Source: Natronobacillus azotifigens (lineage in GTDB: Bacteria; Bacillota; Bacilli; Bacillales; Amphibacillaceae). Taken from it: a stretch of DNA of 32,000 bases. Below are positions 1 to 8,275 of this stretch, piece by piece. The DNA is taken from positions 83,716 through 115,715 of the forward strand of contig NZ_JAPRAT010000005.1 in the NCBI RefSeq assembly GCF_026805325.1. The letters are read 5' to 3'. The stretch's first letter is position 1, and every line of letters begins with the position of its first letter. The translations under genes and the position numbers were made by a program. The notes beneath the pieces are model-generated. The model was not told the DNA's origin, did not search any database, and saw only the letters and a list, made by a program, of their open reading frames with translations.

Positions 1-126
1 ACCAATGTCCGTGTCCATTAAGCAAACTTTTTTATCCATTAGCGCTAGTGCTGTTCCTAAATTTGCAGAAGTAGTTGTCTTCCCAACTCCACCTTTTCCG
101 GAAGTAATTACGATTGCCTCAGCCAT
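1..126 (-). CDS. minD: Septum site-determining ATPase MinD, N-terminal 42 codons (gene runs off the window)
   Basis: The reverse complement reads ATG GCT GAG... = [42 protein letters not shown], with the deviant Walker A motif GKGGVGKT. The ATG at 126 overlaps the minC stop by 8 nt. Confidence 0.9.
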   Translation of the reverse strand, partial: MAEAIVITSGKGGVGKTTTSANLGTALALMDKKVCLMDTDIG

Positions 127-802
127 TCAAAACACTCCTTCCAAACCCACTTAATTCTGGCCTTATTTTCGTTAGCACTTGTAAACGATCGATTACGATT
201 TTCTTACTTTCATCAATATAGCCACACTCCATATAAACACCTGCTGATTCATAATCAGGGGCCCGACTAAGAAAATCAGCAATTCTTAATTGCACAGGAT
301 CCATATAAGAAGCAACAATAACAGCGGCAGTATTCCCTTCAACCCCTGCGTGTGCAATACCTCGCAAATTTCCTAGTACAAAAACATTGCCTGTCGCAAT
401 TACTTTTCCACCAGGGTTCACATCGCCAATCAACAATAAATCACCAGTTACTTCAAGAACCTGACCAGAGCGCACTGTTTTTGTTCGAACTTGAACCTCG
501 CTATCTTCCTTCCATTGCAGCGCATCCTGTTTAGAGACAACATTTGATTCCATTGATTGAACAACCAATTTGTGTTTACTTCGGATTAAATCACGTAATT
601 TATCTTTTTGTTCTTTATGTAAATAACGATTACCTAACTGAACTGTTACGGTAATCATCGAGTCTTCCGTATCCATATAATCGGTAGACAGCGCTCGATC
701 TAGTTCAACATATAAATCGTGAAAAGAACAACTATCATCGAGATATAAAGTTAAACCATGACGCGTCCCTTTAATTACAATTAACTGATTGGTAGTGACC
801 AC
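119..802 (-). CDS. minC: Septum site-determining protein MinC
   Basis: 227-aa ORF. The C-terminal beta-helix repeat [28 protein letters not shown] is typical of MinC. GTG start at 802 is preceded by GGGGGGAG. It sits between mreD and minD as in B. subtilis. Confidence 0.9.
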   Translation of the reverse strand: MVTTNQLIVIKGTRHGLTLYLDDSCSFHDLYVELDRALSTDYMDTEDSMITVTVQLGNRYLHKEQKDKLRDLIRSKHKLVVQSMESNVVSKQDALQWKEDSEVQVRTKTVRSGQVLEVTGDLLLIGDVNPGGKVIATGNVFVLGNLRGIAHAGVEGNTAAVIVASYMDPVQLRIADFLSRAPDYESAGVYMECGYIDESKKIVIDRLQVLTKIRPELSGFGRSVLNG

Positions 803-863
803 GATCGCTCCCCCCCATTTTCAATCTATTTGCACCAAAAAAAATTCATATCTATAATTATAA

Positions 864-1403
864 TTATGTGGAGCTTTTTACATCAAAACGTTGATTAGAC
901 CAGCGAACTAATTTCTTTTTAAACATCACGTGCAGAATAATAAAAGAGAATAAATTAATTGCTATCGTTGGTAAAAATCGATAAACAAAATAAGTATCCA
1001 TCCCCATATCACTAATACCAATAAATGTATAGATTAGGTAGATAATAAAATCAACCAAACCAACACTAACGATCGATAGTAAAAAAGCAACATAAAAATT
1101 CGCATGTAGAATTTTTCGCAATCCATGGACAAAATAAATCACAATAGCATAACTAAACATATAAACACCAATTACGCTTGTATAAACGACATCAATCATT
1201 AGACCAAATAAAATCGCAAAAAAGACCGAGTAGTAGGTATCCTCTAAATCATAGAACAAAGTAAACAAAACCAGAAAGATAAATACCCAATGAACAATAA
1301 ACATCCATCCAGCTTGAATAAGATTGTTCGGAATAAAGTTAAAGACAATACCTTGTAAAACAAGTAAAAATAAAAGAAGTAACGGAAGATATAACCGGGA
1401 CAT
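864..1403 (-). CDS. mreD: Rod shape-determining protein MreD (polytopic membrane protein)
   Basis: 179-aa very hydrophobic ORF. Its start overlaps the mreC stop by 1 nt. It has the conserved position between mreC and minC. Confidence 0.85.
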   Translation of the reverse strand: MSRLYLPLLLLFLLVLQGIVFNFIPNNLIQAGWMFIVHWVFIFLVLFTLFYDLEDTYYSVFFAILFGLMIDVVYTSVIGVYMFSYAIVIYFVHGLRKILHANFYVAFLLSIVSVGLVDFIIYLIYTFIGISDMGMDTYFVYRFLPTIAINLFSFIILHVMFKKKLVRWSNQRFDVKSST

Positions 1404-2341
1404 TAATCTTCCTCCTCATCTTGTAAATCTATTTCATCATCATTTTCTTCATCTTCTTCGTCCGTTATTTCTGGATCTTGAGCTATCTCTCTAGATGTAG
1501 GCATTTCCCGATCTACAACAATTACATGATTTAAATCATAGAGATCTGCTGAAGGTTTTATATAGGCAATTTGTGTTAACCCATATTGGTCCGTTGTCAC
1601 TTCTTCAATCGTTCCAATTTGCAATCCTTTTGGAAATACACCACCTAATCCTGAAGAAAAAACATATTCCCCTTCAGATATTCCCTCATAGTAATCGGTA
1701 AATTCTAATAACAATTGTTCTCTATCTTCATTATAACCTAAGATAAAACCTCTCGCATCCTCGTCTTGCTCAGATAGATTTACATTTACCGAAATTCTGT
1801 TTGATCGATCAAATCCATTTAGTAAAAGCACGGTAGAAGTAAATTGTGAAGTTGATTGAATTTTACCAATCATTCCTTTTCCAGTAATAACCGCCATATC
1901 CTTCTCCACACCATGTTGCTTTCCTTTATTAATCGTCACTAGCTTAAACCACTGCTCTGGACTACGAGCAGTAATTGTTGCTTGAATCGGTTGATAATCA
2001 CTAAGGCTATTGGTCTTATCTAATATCGACATTAAATCATCATTTTCTTTTCTTAGTTCTTGGACTTCATAAAGCGTCTGTTGGTAGGTTGCCAATTGTT
2101 GTTTCAATACTTTATTTTCTTCATAGACATTTTTCATATCATCTATATTGTCAATCACATTTGTCGTATAGTTAATCGGTGTTAAAACAATTTGTTGCAA
2201 CCAACCTATCGTATCTTGAAGAAACTCTTCGGCTGCTGACAGATCATCTCGATCAAGCATGGAAAAGCCTATCAGAGAAACAAGAATAATAAAACCAAGT
2301 AAAATAGTGAAGAGCCGTTTTCTACGAAAAAAAGACATCAA
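1403..2341 (-). CDS. mreC: Rod shape-determining protein MreC
   Basis: 312-aa ORF with an N-terminal TM segment, a coiled-coil region (KVLKQQLATYQQTLYEVQELRKEN), beta-rich MreC core motifs (GLGGVFPKGLQIG) and an acidic tail. It directly follows mreB. Confidence 0.9.
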   Translation of the reverse strand: MMSFFRRKRLFTILLGFIILVSLIGFSMLDRDDLSAAEEFLQDTIGWLQQIVLTPINYTTNVIDNIDDMKNVYEENKVLKQQLATYQQTLYEVQELRKENDDLMSILDKTNSLSDYQPIQATITARSPEQWFKLVTINKGKQHGVEKDMAVITGKGMIGKIQSTSQFTSTVLLLNGFDRSNRISVNVNLSEQDEDARGFILGYNEDREQLLLEFTDYYEGISEGEYVFSSGLGGVFPKGLQIGTIEEVTTDQYGLTQIAYIKPSADLYDLNHVIVVDREMPTSREIAQDPEITDEEDEENDDEIDLQDEEED

Positions 2342-2353
2342 TAGACACCCTCT

Positions 2354-3394
2354 TTAATCCATGGATGAACGAGAAGCAATATTAGGGTGAGATTTGAAAT
2401 GCTCGATATATTCCAGTGCTTTACCGGTTCCAATCGCAACACTATCAAGTGGTTGGTCTGCCACAAAGACAGGCATCTTCGTTTCCTCACTAATTACTTC
2501 GTCCAAACCTTTTAATAATGCACCACCACCGGATAGTACGATACCACGGTCCATTACATCGGCAGATAATTCTGGTGGTGTTTTTTCTAGTGTGTTCTTT
2601 ACGGCATCAATAATTGCCACAACTGTATCACGCAAAGAGTTTGCAATTTCTTCAGCAGTTACTGAAATCGTTTTTGGTAAACCAGTTAATAAATCTCTAC
2701 CACGAATGTCCATCGAACTATTTTCTTCCGGCTTGCCAGCATTACCAATATCCATCTTGATTGCCTCTGCTGAGCGTTCTCCTATCATCAGACTATATTT
2801 TTTACGGATATATTGGATAATTGCATCATCCATATCGTCACCAGCAGTTCGAATCGATTGACTAGTGACAATCCCACCCAAGGAGATAATAGCTACCTCT
2901 GTCGTACCACCGCCGATATCAACAATCATACTACCGGTTGGTTCCCAAACAGGTAATCCAGCTCCAATTGCAGCTGCAAATGGTTCCGCAATAGGGTATG
3001 CTTCTTTTGCCCCTGCTTGTTTTGTCGCATCAATTACAGCTCTCTCTTCTACCATTGTAATACCTGATGGAACACATACCATTACGTTTGGTTTCTTAGC
3101 AAGAGCAGAGCGATTTTTTTGTGCTAATCGTATATAATATTTCATCATCGATGCAGTAGTATCATAATCAGCAATAACACCATCTTTCATTGGACGAATC
3201 ACTGATATATTCCCGGGTGTTCTTCCGATCATGTTGCGCGCATCACTTCCGACTGCTTCAATATCACCAGTCGAGTTATTTCGAGCTACAACGGAAGGTT
3301 CTCTAACTACGATTCCTTTTCCTTTAATATAAACCAATGTATTTGCTGTTCCTAAATCTATTCCTAAGTCTTGTGTAAAACTAAATCTTGCCAC
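2354..3394 (-). CDS. mreB: Actin-like rod shape-determining protein MreB
   Basis: 346-aa ORF nearly colinear with B. subtilis MreB ([44 protein letters not shown]). GTG start has the RBS AGAGAGGAAG upstream. Confidence 0.97.
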   Translation of the reverse strand: MARFSFTQDLGIDLGTANTLVYIKGKGIVVREPSVVARNNSTGDIEAVGSDARNMIGRTPGNISVIRPMKDGVIADYDTTASMMKYYIRLAQKNRSALAKKPNVMVCVPSGITMVEERAVIDATKQAGAKEAYPIAEPFAAAIGAGLPVWEPTGSMIVDIGGGTTEVAIISLGGIVTSQSIRTAGDDMDDAIIQYIRKKYSLMIGERSAEAIKMDIGNAGKPEENSSMDIRGRDLLTGLPKTISVTAEEIANSLRDTVVAIIDAVKNTLEKTPPELSADVMDRGIVLSGGGALLKGLDEVISEETKMPVFVADQPLDSVAIGTGKALEYIEHFKSHPNIASRSSMD

Positions 3395-3499
3395 AAAAAT
3401 CTTCCTCTCTATCTGTCAAAAGTCAATTTAATATTCTTGTTATGGTTGTAATTGTTAGCATAAAAACAATGGGTTCTTTTTATTTTAACATAACAAGAA

Positions 3500-3535
3500 G
3501 CGCCTAACACAAGAAAATTTCTTATGTTATGGCGC
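3500..3535 (-). terminator. Long imperfect hairpin between the radC stop and mreB (putative terminator or attenuator)
   Basis: GCGCCTAACACAAGAAA (3500-3516) pairs with TTCTTATGTTATGGCGC (3519-3535), about 15 bp with one bulge and one mismatch. On the minus strand it is followed by the T-rich TTCTTGTTATGTT, not a clean U-run. Confidence 0.4.
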
Positions 3536-3590
3536 CCATTATCTTTTTCGCCTATTTAATTATACGAAAAAAATCATAAAATAGATAGTG

Positions 3591-3731
3591 CTATACATAT
3601 CCTTTTTCTTTTAATGATACAAATTTGTGGTCGCCAATAACTAAATGGTCCAAAAGTTCGATGCCAATCATCTTACCACATTCACTAAGGCGCTTTGTCA
3701 CATGAATATCTTCTTGTGACGGTGATGGATC
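3591..3731 (-). CDS. radC: RadC-family JAMM protein, exon 2 (46 codons plus stop)
   Basis: The reverse complement from 3731 reads [46 protein letters not shown]. This is the missing conserved RadC C-terminus. It joins in frame to ...HNHPSG at 5538. Confidence 0.9.
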   Translation of the reverse strand, partial: DPSPSQEDIHVTKRLSECGKMIGIELLDHLVIGDHKFVSLKEKGYV

Positions 3732-3734
3732 GTA

Positions 3735-3826
3735 GGGTAGGAATTATGCGCCTTACTTTACAACAACGGTAGGTTTCATAACTCCCCCCTCAGAACCGTA
3801 CGTACACCTTTCAATGTATACGGCTC
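3735..3826 (-). ncRNA. Group II intron catalytic domain V plus branch-point domain VI
   Basis: DV (3793-3826) reads GAGCCGTATACATTGAAAGGTGTACGTACGGTTC: 34 nt with the AGC triad, a GAAA tetraloop and the 2-nt bulge context. After a 3-nt linker, DV is followed by DVI. In DVI, GGGGGGAGTTATG (3789-3777) pairs with CATAATTCCT-A-CCC (3748-3735), leaving A3738 unpaired. Confidence 0.85.
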
Positions 3827-3841
3827 GCCAGTTAGTTCTTA

Positions 3842-4993
3842 TTAGAAAAGACTCCTTATTTCGCAACCTTTTTTTCGAAGCTTGTTAACAGTTGTTCTAC
3901 GTTTCATCGCTATTGTCTTTAATAAACTTCCTTTTGCATAATAAATCAACGTATGGAATTGACTTTTGAAATTATCTGCAAAATAATATTTCGTTTTGAA
4001 TTGATGTATTTCCTTTTGGAAAATGTTCATGATTTTTTCTTCAGAATAATTCATGCATGCTTTTCTGGGATCAATCGTCCGATCGTCGATGTTTCCATAG
4101 TTATATTTTTGTACATATTGCTTCAATTTAATATCAGGAATGTGGAATTGAAAGGATGTATTCGTTGGATTATCAGTAGATGTGGGAATTCTGAAGAAAT
4201 TACAATCGAAAAATAAGGTTGATTGATGAATATGTCGAATAGTATTATTCATCTTTAGACATAGAAAACGTGTCTTTTTACCTAGTGCCAACCTGATTTC
4301 TTGCTGTACATTTACTGCATTCTCTTTTCTCGATTTTATTCCAATTAAAAATTCTTCTTGGTAGCGAATATATTTAATTTGTTCACTGAAAGGTTCGCAC
4401 ATCATTTCTGTATCGAGTCCAAAAAAATAGATCTTTTGAAACAATCGATCAAACTCTGGGAACTCATTTCTCCATCGGGCATTACGAATGATCTGACTAA
4501 GTAACCTTATAAAGCGCTCATCAGCAACTTTTTCCCTTATCTTTTCAAGAAGAAATGCTCGTTTTTGCTTCAGTGGTACATCAATATATTCACCTTTGAT
4601 TACCCACGTGACCTCATCCCATGTTTTTTTGATTTCAATTATTTTGTGAGGAAGACTAGTTCGTTCTGTCTTCAAAGTGAACACAGGTGCATATATTTGA
4701 AGCATAACACTCATAATCACTCGCAAATATACTTTTGTCACGATCTGATATTCCTTTTCTGTTCGGTTAGTGATTTCTGAAAATTGAAAATGACCCCATC
4801 GTAATTGATTAATTACTTGGTCTATTAAACATGAAATATTATCATCGATATTCGCTTTTGTTAAAAAGATTTCCTGATAATTCTTTTTCCACAACGTTTT
4901 CTTATACAATAAGCGATAACAATCTTTTACTGGTTGATTACGAGCAGATACTTTTCTAATTTCGACTAATTGGTGAAATGGATTTTTTGCCAT
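3842..4993 (-). CDS. Group II intron-encoded protein: maturase (X domain) with a degenerate reverse-transcriptase domain and no DNA-binding/endonuclease domain
   Basis: The C-terminus FKTKYYFADNFKSQFHTLIYYAKGSLLKTIAMKRRTTVNKLRKKG matches the WxNYYxxAxN...TLAxKHKxS maturase signature. RT-like blocks are recognisable but mutated: YIRYQEEFLIG replaces YxRYADDFxIG, FPEFDRLF replaces GTPQGGxLSP, and WVIKGEYID replaces xxEGDIKxCFD. Likely start is ATG 4993 (RBS GGAAGGAG, 8-nt spacer); the ORF track extends to 5050. Confidence 0.85.
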   Translation of the reverse strand: MAKNPFHQLVEIRKVSARNQPVKDCYRLLYKKTLWKKNYQEIFLTKANIDDNISCLIDQVINQLRWGHFQFSEITNRTEKEYQIVTKVYLRVIMSVMLQIYAPVFTLKTERTSLPHKIIEIKKTWDEVTWVIKGEYIDVPLKQKRAFLLEKIREKVADERFIRLLSQIIRNARWRNEFPEFDRLFQKIYFFGLDTEMMCEPFSEQIKYIRYQEEFLIGIKSRKENAVNVQQEIRLALGKKTRFLCLKMNNTIRHIHQSTLFFDCNFFRIPTSTDNPTNTSFQFHIPDIKLKQYVQKYNYGNIDDRTIDPRKACMNYSEEKIMNIFQKEIHQFKTKYYFADNFKSQFHTLIYYAKGSLLKTIAMKRRTTVNKLRKKGCEIRSLF

Positions 4994-5537
4994 ATTCATG
5001 ACTCCTTCCACACTTTTCAGTTGATGAACCAACCTGTCTCCCTTCCCCATGCTATACGAATTACTCGCAAACGTAGAGTACTATGAAGACTCCGTTACCT
5101 TATGCAACATAGATATGGGTTGCACTTAGGTAATCCCTACCTAATCATTAATTTTAGTAGCGTGATGGTTAGGTATCCCTTTCGACGGTTATTTCGATTT
5201 GAAATTTGCCGAACAAACCTTACGATGGCAAGAATTAATTCTAGTTTAACAGTCTGACGATCTGTTGCCATTTTGTTCGCATTATCTATTAGCTATCATA
5301 AATAATGGTGGATCCAACACACATTCGTCTAGGATTCAGACAATTCAGCTTTTACCATACATCACTTGGTCTGAAGAACGGATTCGATGTTGATAGCATT
5401 ATCGTCTCTTCTCCTTTTCACATCATGCTATGTTCCTTTGACACGTTTCCGTTCAAAGTAAGATGCTGACCATAGAACATTGCAAGGAGTTCTAGATTAC
5501 TAGATAATCGCTAAAATTAACCACATTGTAGGCGCAC

Positions 5538-6086
5538 GCCAGAGGGATGATTATGCGCACAAATAATGGATGCGGCCGATCTTTTTACGGCTTCGCGAAA
5601 AACTTCGCGTGGATGGACGATTGAGGCATTGAGGCTTCCAATAAAAATAGTTTGTCTGTGAATGATTTGGTTCTTCGTATTGAGGAATAAAACCACGAAG
5701 TGCTCTTGCTTTAGTAGACGCATTTCTTCCATTACGAAATCAGCCCCGTCTTCTGGGCATCGTACCACATAACGATCTTCTGATTTCAGTTGATTCATGC
5801 GTTTTCCTAGTTCAATTGCAGCTAAAATACCAACAGCTTTGGCGGCTCCAATTCCTTTTATTGCCGTAAGTTCTTCCAGTGTCGATTCGCGCAATAAATT
5901 GATTCCTTCAAAATGCATTAGCACTCGCTGTGCTAATGCTTGTACAGATTCTGTTTTTGTTCCTGTTCCTAATAAGATCGACAGCAATTCTTGATTGGAA
6001 ACATGGCTTGCTCCAAGTTCCATGAGACGTTCCCGTGGTCGATCTTGTTTTGGCATGTCCTTCATTGTCACGTGTAATCCGGTCAT
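5538..6086 (-). CDS. radC: RadC-family JAMM protein, exon 1 (183 codons)
   Basis: ATG at 6086 has GAAAGGAGG 7 nt upstream. Motifs are DRPRERL, the helix-hairpin-helix LTAIKGIGAAKAVGILAAIELGKR, HPREVFREAV, and an end at CAHNHPSG (GGC at 5538-5540). Unspliced read-through adds only VRLQCG* from the intron. Spliced product is 229 aa; B. subtilis RadC is recalled to be of similar length. Confidence 0.9.
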
Positions 6087-6383
6087 TGCATTACCTCCTT
6101 TCTCTATACTTATTTTCATTCTAGCAACAATCCGAAAAATAACAAATTACCAATCTGTGTATTTGAGTTATAAAAATGCGTTAAAAACAGAATTATTGTT
6201 ACGAGAAAAATGAAAAATTAGGTGCGTAGAAAAAGCTATTTTATCGATTCAACGCATGTTTTCTTAAAGGAAAAGACCGGGAGTTCAACAGGTCATTTTG
6301 AGAAGCAATAAGAGGTTATACGGTGACAAGCTGCTGATTGTCACATCACGCTATAGCGTGACTCATTACAACAAGAAACAAGT

Positions 6384-6421
6384 AAAAAGACAGATGAGCA
6401 TAAGTGATCATCTGTCTTTTT
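6384..6421. terminator. Bidirectional rho-independent terminator downstream of the SPOR-domain gene
   Basis: Perfect arms AAAAAGACAGATGA (6384-6397) and TCATCTGTCTTTTT (6408-6421) carry A and T tracts on both sides. Confidence 0.75.
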
Positions 6422-6525
6422 ACTTATTTGAAAGCAACCATCAAACCTTACTGCGATACACTCTTTTCTTTCAAAAAAATACAGTAGAATTGTTCTTTAA
6501 GAATCAAAATCAATGTTACAAACTT

Positions 6526-7377
6526 CTATAGCTGATCATACAAATACCACCAAACAAGTAATTCGGAATCGAGAATATCATTGTTGGGCTGTTTTAAAAA
6601 TTGTTCGACTCTCTCTTTAAGTTCCATTACAGAATCAGGCATATTATCTGGTGCCGCTAAGACCCAATCGTTCCAATTGGAATGCATTTGATCTGTCATT
6701 CCTGTAAGCGATGCATTCCATAAATCAGTGAATAACCCTAACCAATCTGCTACTGGTTGCTCTAAACTTGCCACATCACTTTCATTATTCCATGACCGCA
6801 CATATAAATCTAAGCCAGCGCTTTCCATCACTTCTGCCATTTGTTTTGCATCTACTTCAGAGCCATAAGCGCCGGTAAAAAGACGAATGTCTTCTTCCGT
6901 TTCCCATAAAATTGCTTGAAAACCAGCTTGATGAATCGTGTCTTGTGAGATCTTTGCTTGCTCCAAAGAAGAAAACACACCTGCTTGAATCACATATGCT
7001 TGAAGCGATGCTAATTCTAACTGATTACTGCCCGTTGTTTCCGTTGTATTACGATCACCTTCTTCTTGTTCTCTAGAAACTGGCTGTGACATTGTTGGTT
7101 CTTCCTCATTTACGACAAACATATTCAAAATGAATATACCCAGCCCAACACCAATGACAATTGCAGACAAGGCCGTAATAATAAAACTTTTTATGGAAGA
7201 TGAGTGATTTCCCCCGAACTTTTTTCCACTTTTTTTGAGCTTACTTGTTTTCACACTCTTATATTGAAGTTCTGGTATGTCATCCAGACTAGCAGCTTCT
7301 TCTTGATAACTAGAAAATAGATAATCTTCAGTCGGATCATTTGATAGTTTTACGGTGATTTTCTTTTTGTCCTCCAT
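6526..7377 (-). CDS. Membrane-anchored SPOR-domain protein (occupies the spoIIB position)
   Basis: Likely start is ATG 7377 (GGAGG 8 nt upstream); the ORF track extends to 7464. It has one TM segment (SFIITALSAIVIGVGLGIFILNMF). The SPOR-like block is YVIQAGVFSSLEQAKISQDTIHQAGFQAILWETEEDIRLFTGAYGSEVDAKQMAEVMESAGLDLYV. Confidence 0.65.
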   Translation of the reverse strand: MEDKKKITVKLSNDPTEDYLFSSYQEEAASLDDIPELQYKSVKTSKLKKSGKKFGGNHSSSIKSFIITALSAIVIGVGLGIFILNMFVVNEEEPTMSQPVSREQEEGDRNTTETTGSNQLELASLQAYVIQAGVFSSLEQAKISQDTIHQAGFQAILWETEEDIRLFTGAYGSEVDAKQMAEVMESAGLDLYVRSWNNESDVASLEQPVADWLGLFTDLWNASLTGMTDQMHSNWNDWVLAAPDNMPDSVMELKERVEQFLKQPNNDILDSELLVWWYLYDQL

Positions 7378-7580
7378 ATTTAATGCCTCCATTATTTCGG
7401 TTATAACAAACACTCTATCATGAAGTTCATAAAAACAACGTAGACATTTGTCAAATGCAAACAAACAAATTCTTTGCTAATTTTGCAAAAAATTTAGAAG
7501 AATCGATTTACAGAACTATTCTTCAAATAAAGCTAGATTTATTGCCCCTTATCATAAATTGTTATAATACTCTTCACTAG

Positions 7581-7623
7581 CAAAAATAAAAAGTATCTCG
7601 AAGGAATTACCCTTTGAGATACT
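7581..7623 (-). terminator. Rho-independent terminator after pilO
   Basis: The stem AGTATCTC (7592-7599) / GAGATACT (7616-7623) begins 2 nt after the pilO stop. On the minus strand it is followed by TTTTTATTTTT. Confidence 0.7.
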
Positions 7624-7624
7624 T

Positions 7625-8275
7625 TTATTGAAACGGATTTGATCTTTCTTCTGGACTAACAAATGAACCATCCAATTCATAATTTGGAAATTGATTTGCA
7701 AACTCATTCATATAATACGTACTTATATTAATGTCGAGCATAATAGATGTACCAGAATCTGTTATAGATGGTTCGGAAAAAGAAAAAGATGATACTGTTG
7801 TTATACGGTTTAAATTTTCTAATTCCTCTAAAAACGAGTAAAGTTGCTCATAAGAGTCCGCTTCAACAGATAATGTAGCATCTATTTGTTGTAAAGCAGA
7901 TGAATTGTCTTCAGCATCCTCATCGTTCTCTGTTAAGCTATACTCTAATTCAGATCTACTAAAATTAAAACTATCTATATTTGTCTCCGACCTCTCTTGA
8001 ATTTCTTCCAGCTCCACTAGCCAATATTCCATAAATGGTTTAGGAGGAATCCTTTCGAGATATTCAAGTAACTGTCCATCATCAACATCAGCAGAAGCTT
8101 TGTTCTCTTGCAACACTGCTAAATATTCTTCTTCATTCACTAATTGATCATTGGCAGTAGAAAGATCCCTACTCGTGGGAAGAAGGTAAAAGAAATAAAA
8201 TATCCCTAACCCAAGCAAAGTTATCACTGCAAAAACAATTAACAACTGATTGATCAATTTCCCGTTAAGATTCAT
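7625..8275 (-). CDS. pilO: Type IV pilus alignment-complex protein, PilO-like
   Basis: It has an N-terminal TM segment (LLIVFAVITLLGLGIFYFFYLL) followed by a coiled-coil/periplasmic domain, and is the last gene of the pilMNO trio. ATG 8275 has GAAGGTG 6 nt upstream; the alternative start is GTG 8284. It overlaps the pilN stop. Confidence 0.65.
   Translation of the reverse strand: MNLNGKLINQLLIVFAVITLLGLGIFYFFYLLPTSRDLSTANDQLVNEEEYLAVLQENKASADVDDGQLLEYLERIPPKPFMEYWLVELEEIQERSETNIDSFNFSRSELEYSLTENDEDAEDNSSALQQIDATLSVEADSYEQLYSFLEELENLNRITTVSSFSFSEPSITDSGTSIMLDINISTYYMNEFANQFPNYELDGSFVSPEERSNPFQ

Larger units (their letters stand above)
3732..5537 (-). mobile_element. Group II intron (1806 nt) with an ORF in domain IV, inserted in radC in the sense orientation
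   Basis: The minus-strand 5' end is GTGCGCC at 5537, directly after the exon codon GGC. Domain V is at 3793-3826, domain VI at 3735-3789 with a bulged A at 3738 (7 nt from the 3' end), and the 3' end is ...CCTAC. About 544 nt of non-coding RNA precede the ORF (domains I-III). A candidate EBS1, GUCAGA (plus-strand tctgac, 5253-5258), could pair with the exon-1 end UCUGGC. Confidence 0.9.

Noticed and set aside
2394-3137. Plus-strand ORFs of 155 aa and 90 aa inside mreB
   Set aside because: These are antisense shadow ORFs of a highly conserved gene. They have low-complexity Ser/Ile/Ala-rich translations and no RBS.
3842-5050. The 402-aa RT-like ORF as a stand-alone defence reverse transcriptase (retron, Abi or DRT-type) or a retron-like system next to radC
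   Set aside because: The ORF is flanked by canonical group II intron RNA: 5' GUGCG, domain V and VI consensus, and in-phase host exons. It has a group II maturase X domain. Its RT catalytic residues are substituted, which argues against a cDNA-producing defence RT.
6120-6525. Decayed maf pseudogene between radC and the SPOR-domain gene
   Set aside because: No frame on the minus strand gives recognisable Maf motifs. The only ORF (6298-6531, plus strand, 77 aa) is low-complexity and spans the bidirectional terminator, so it is probably spurious.
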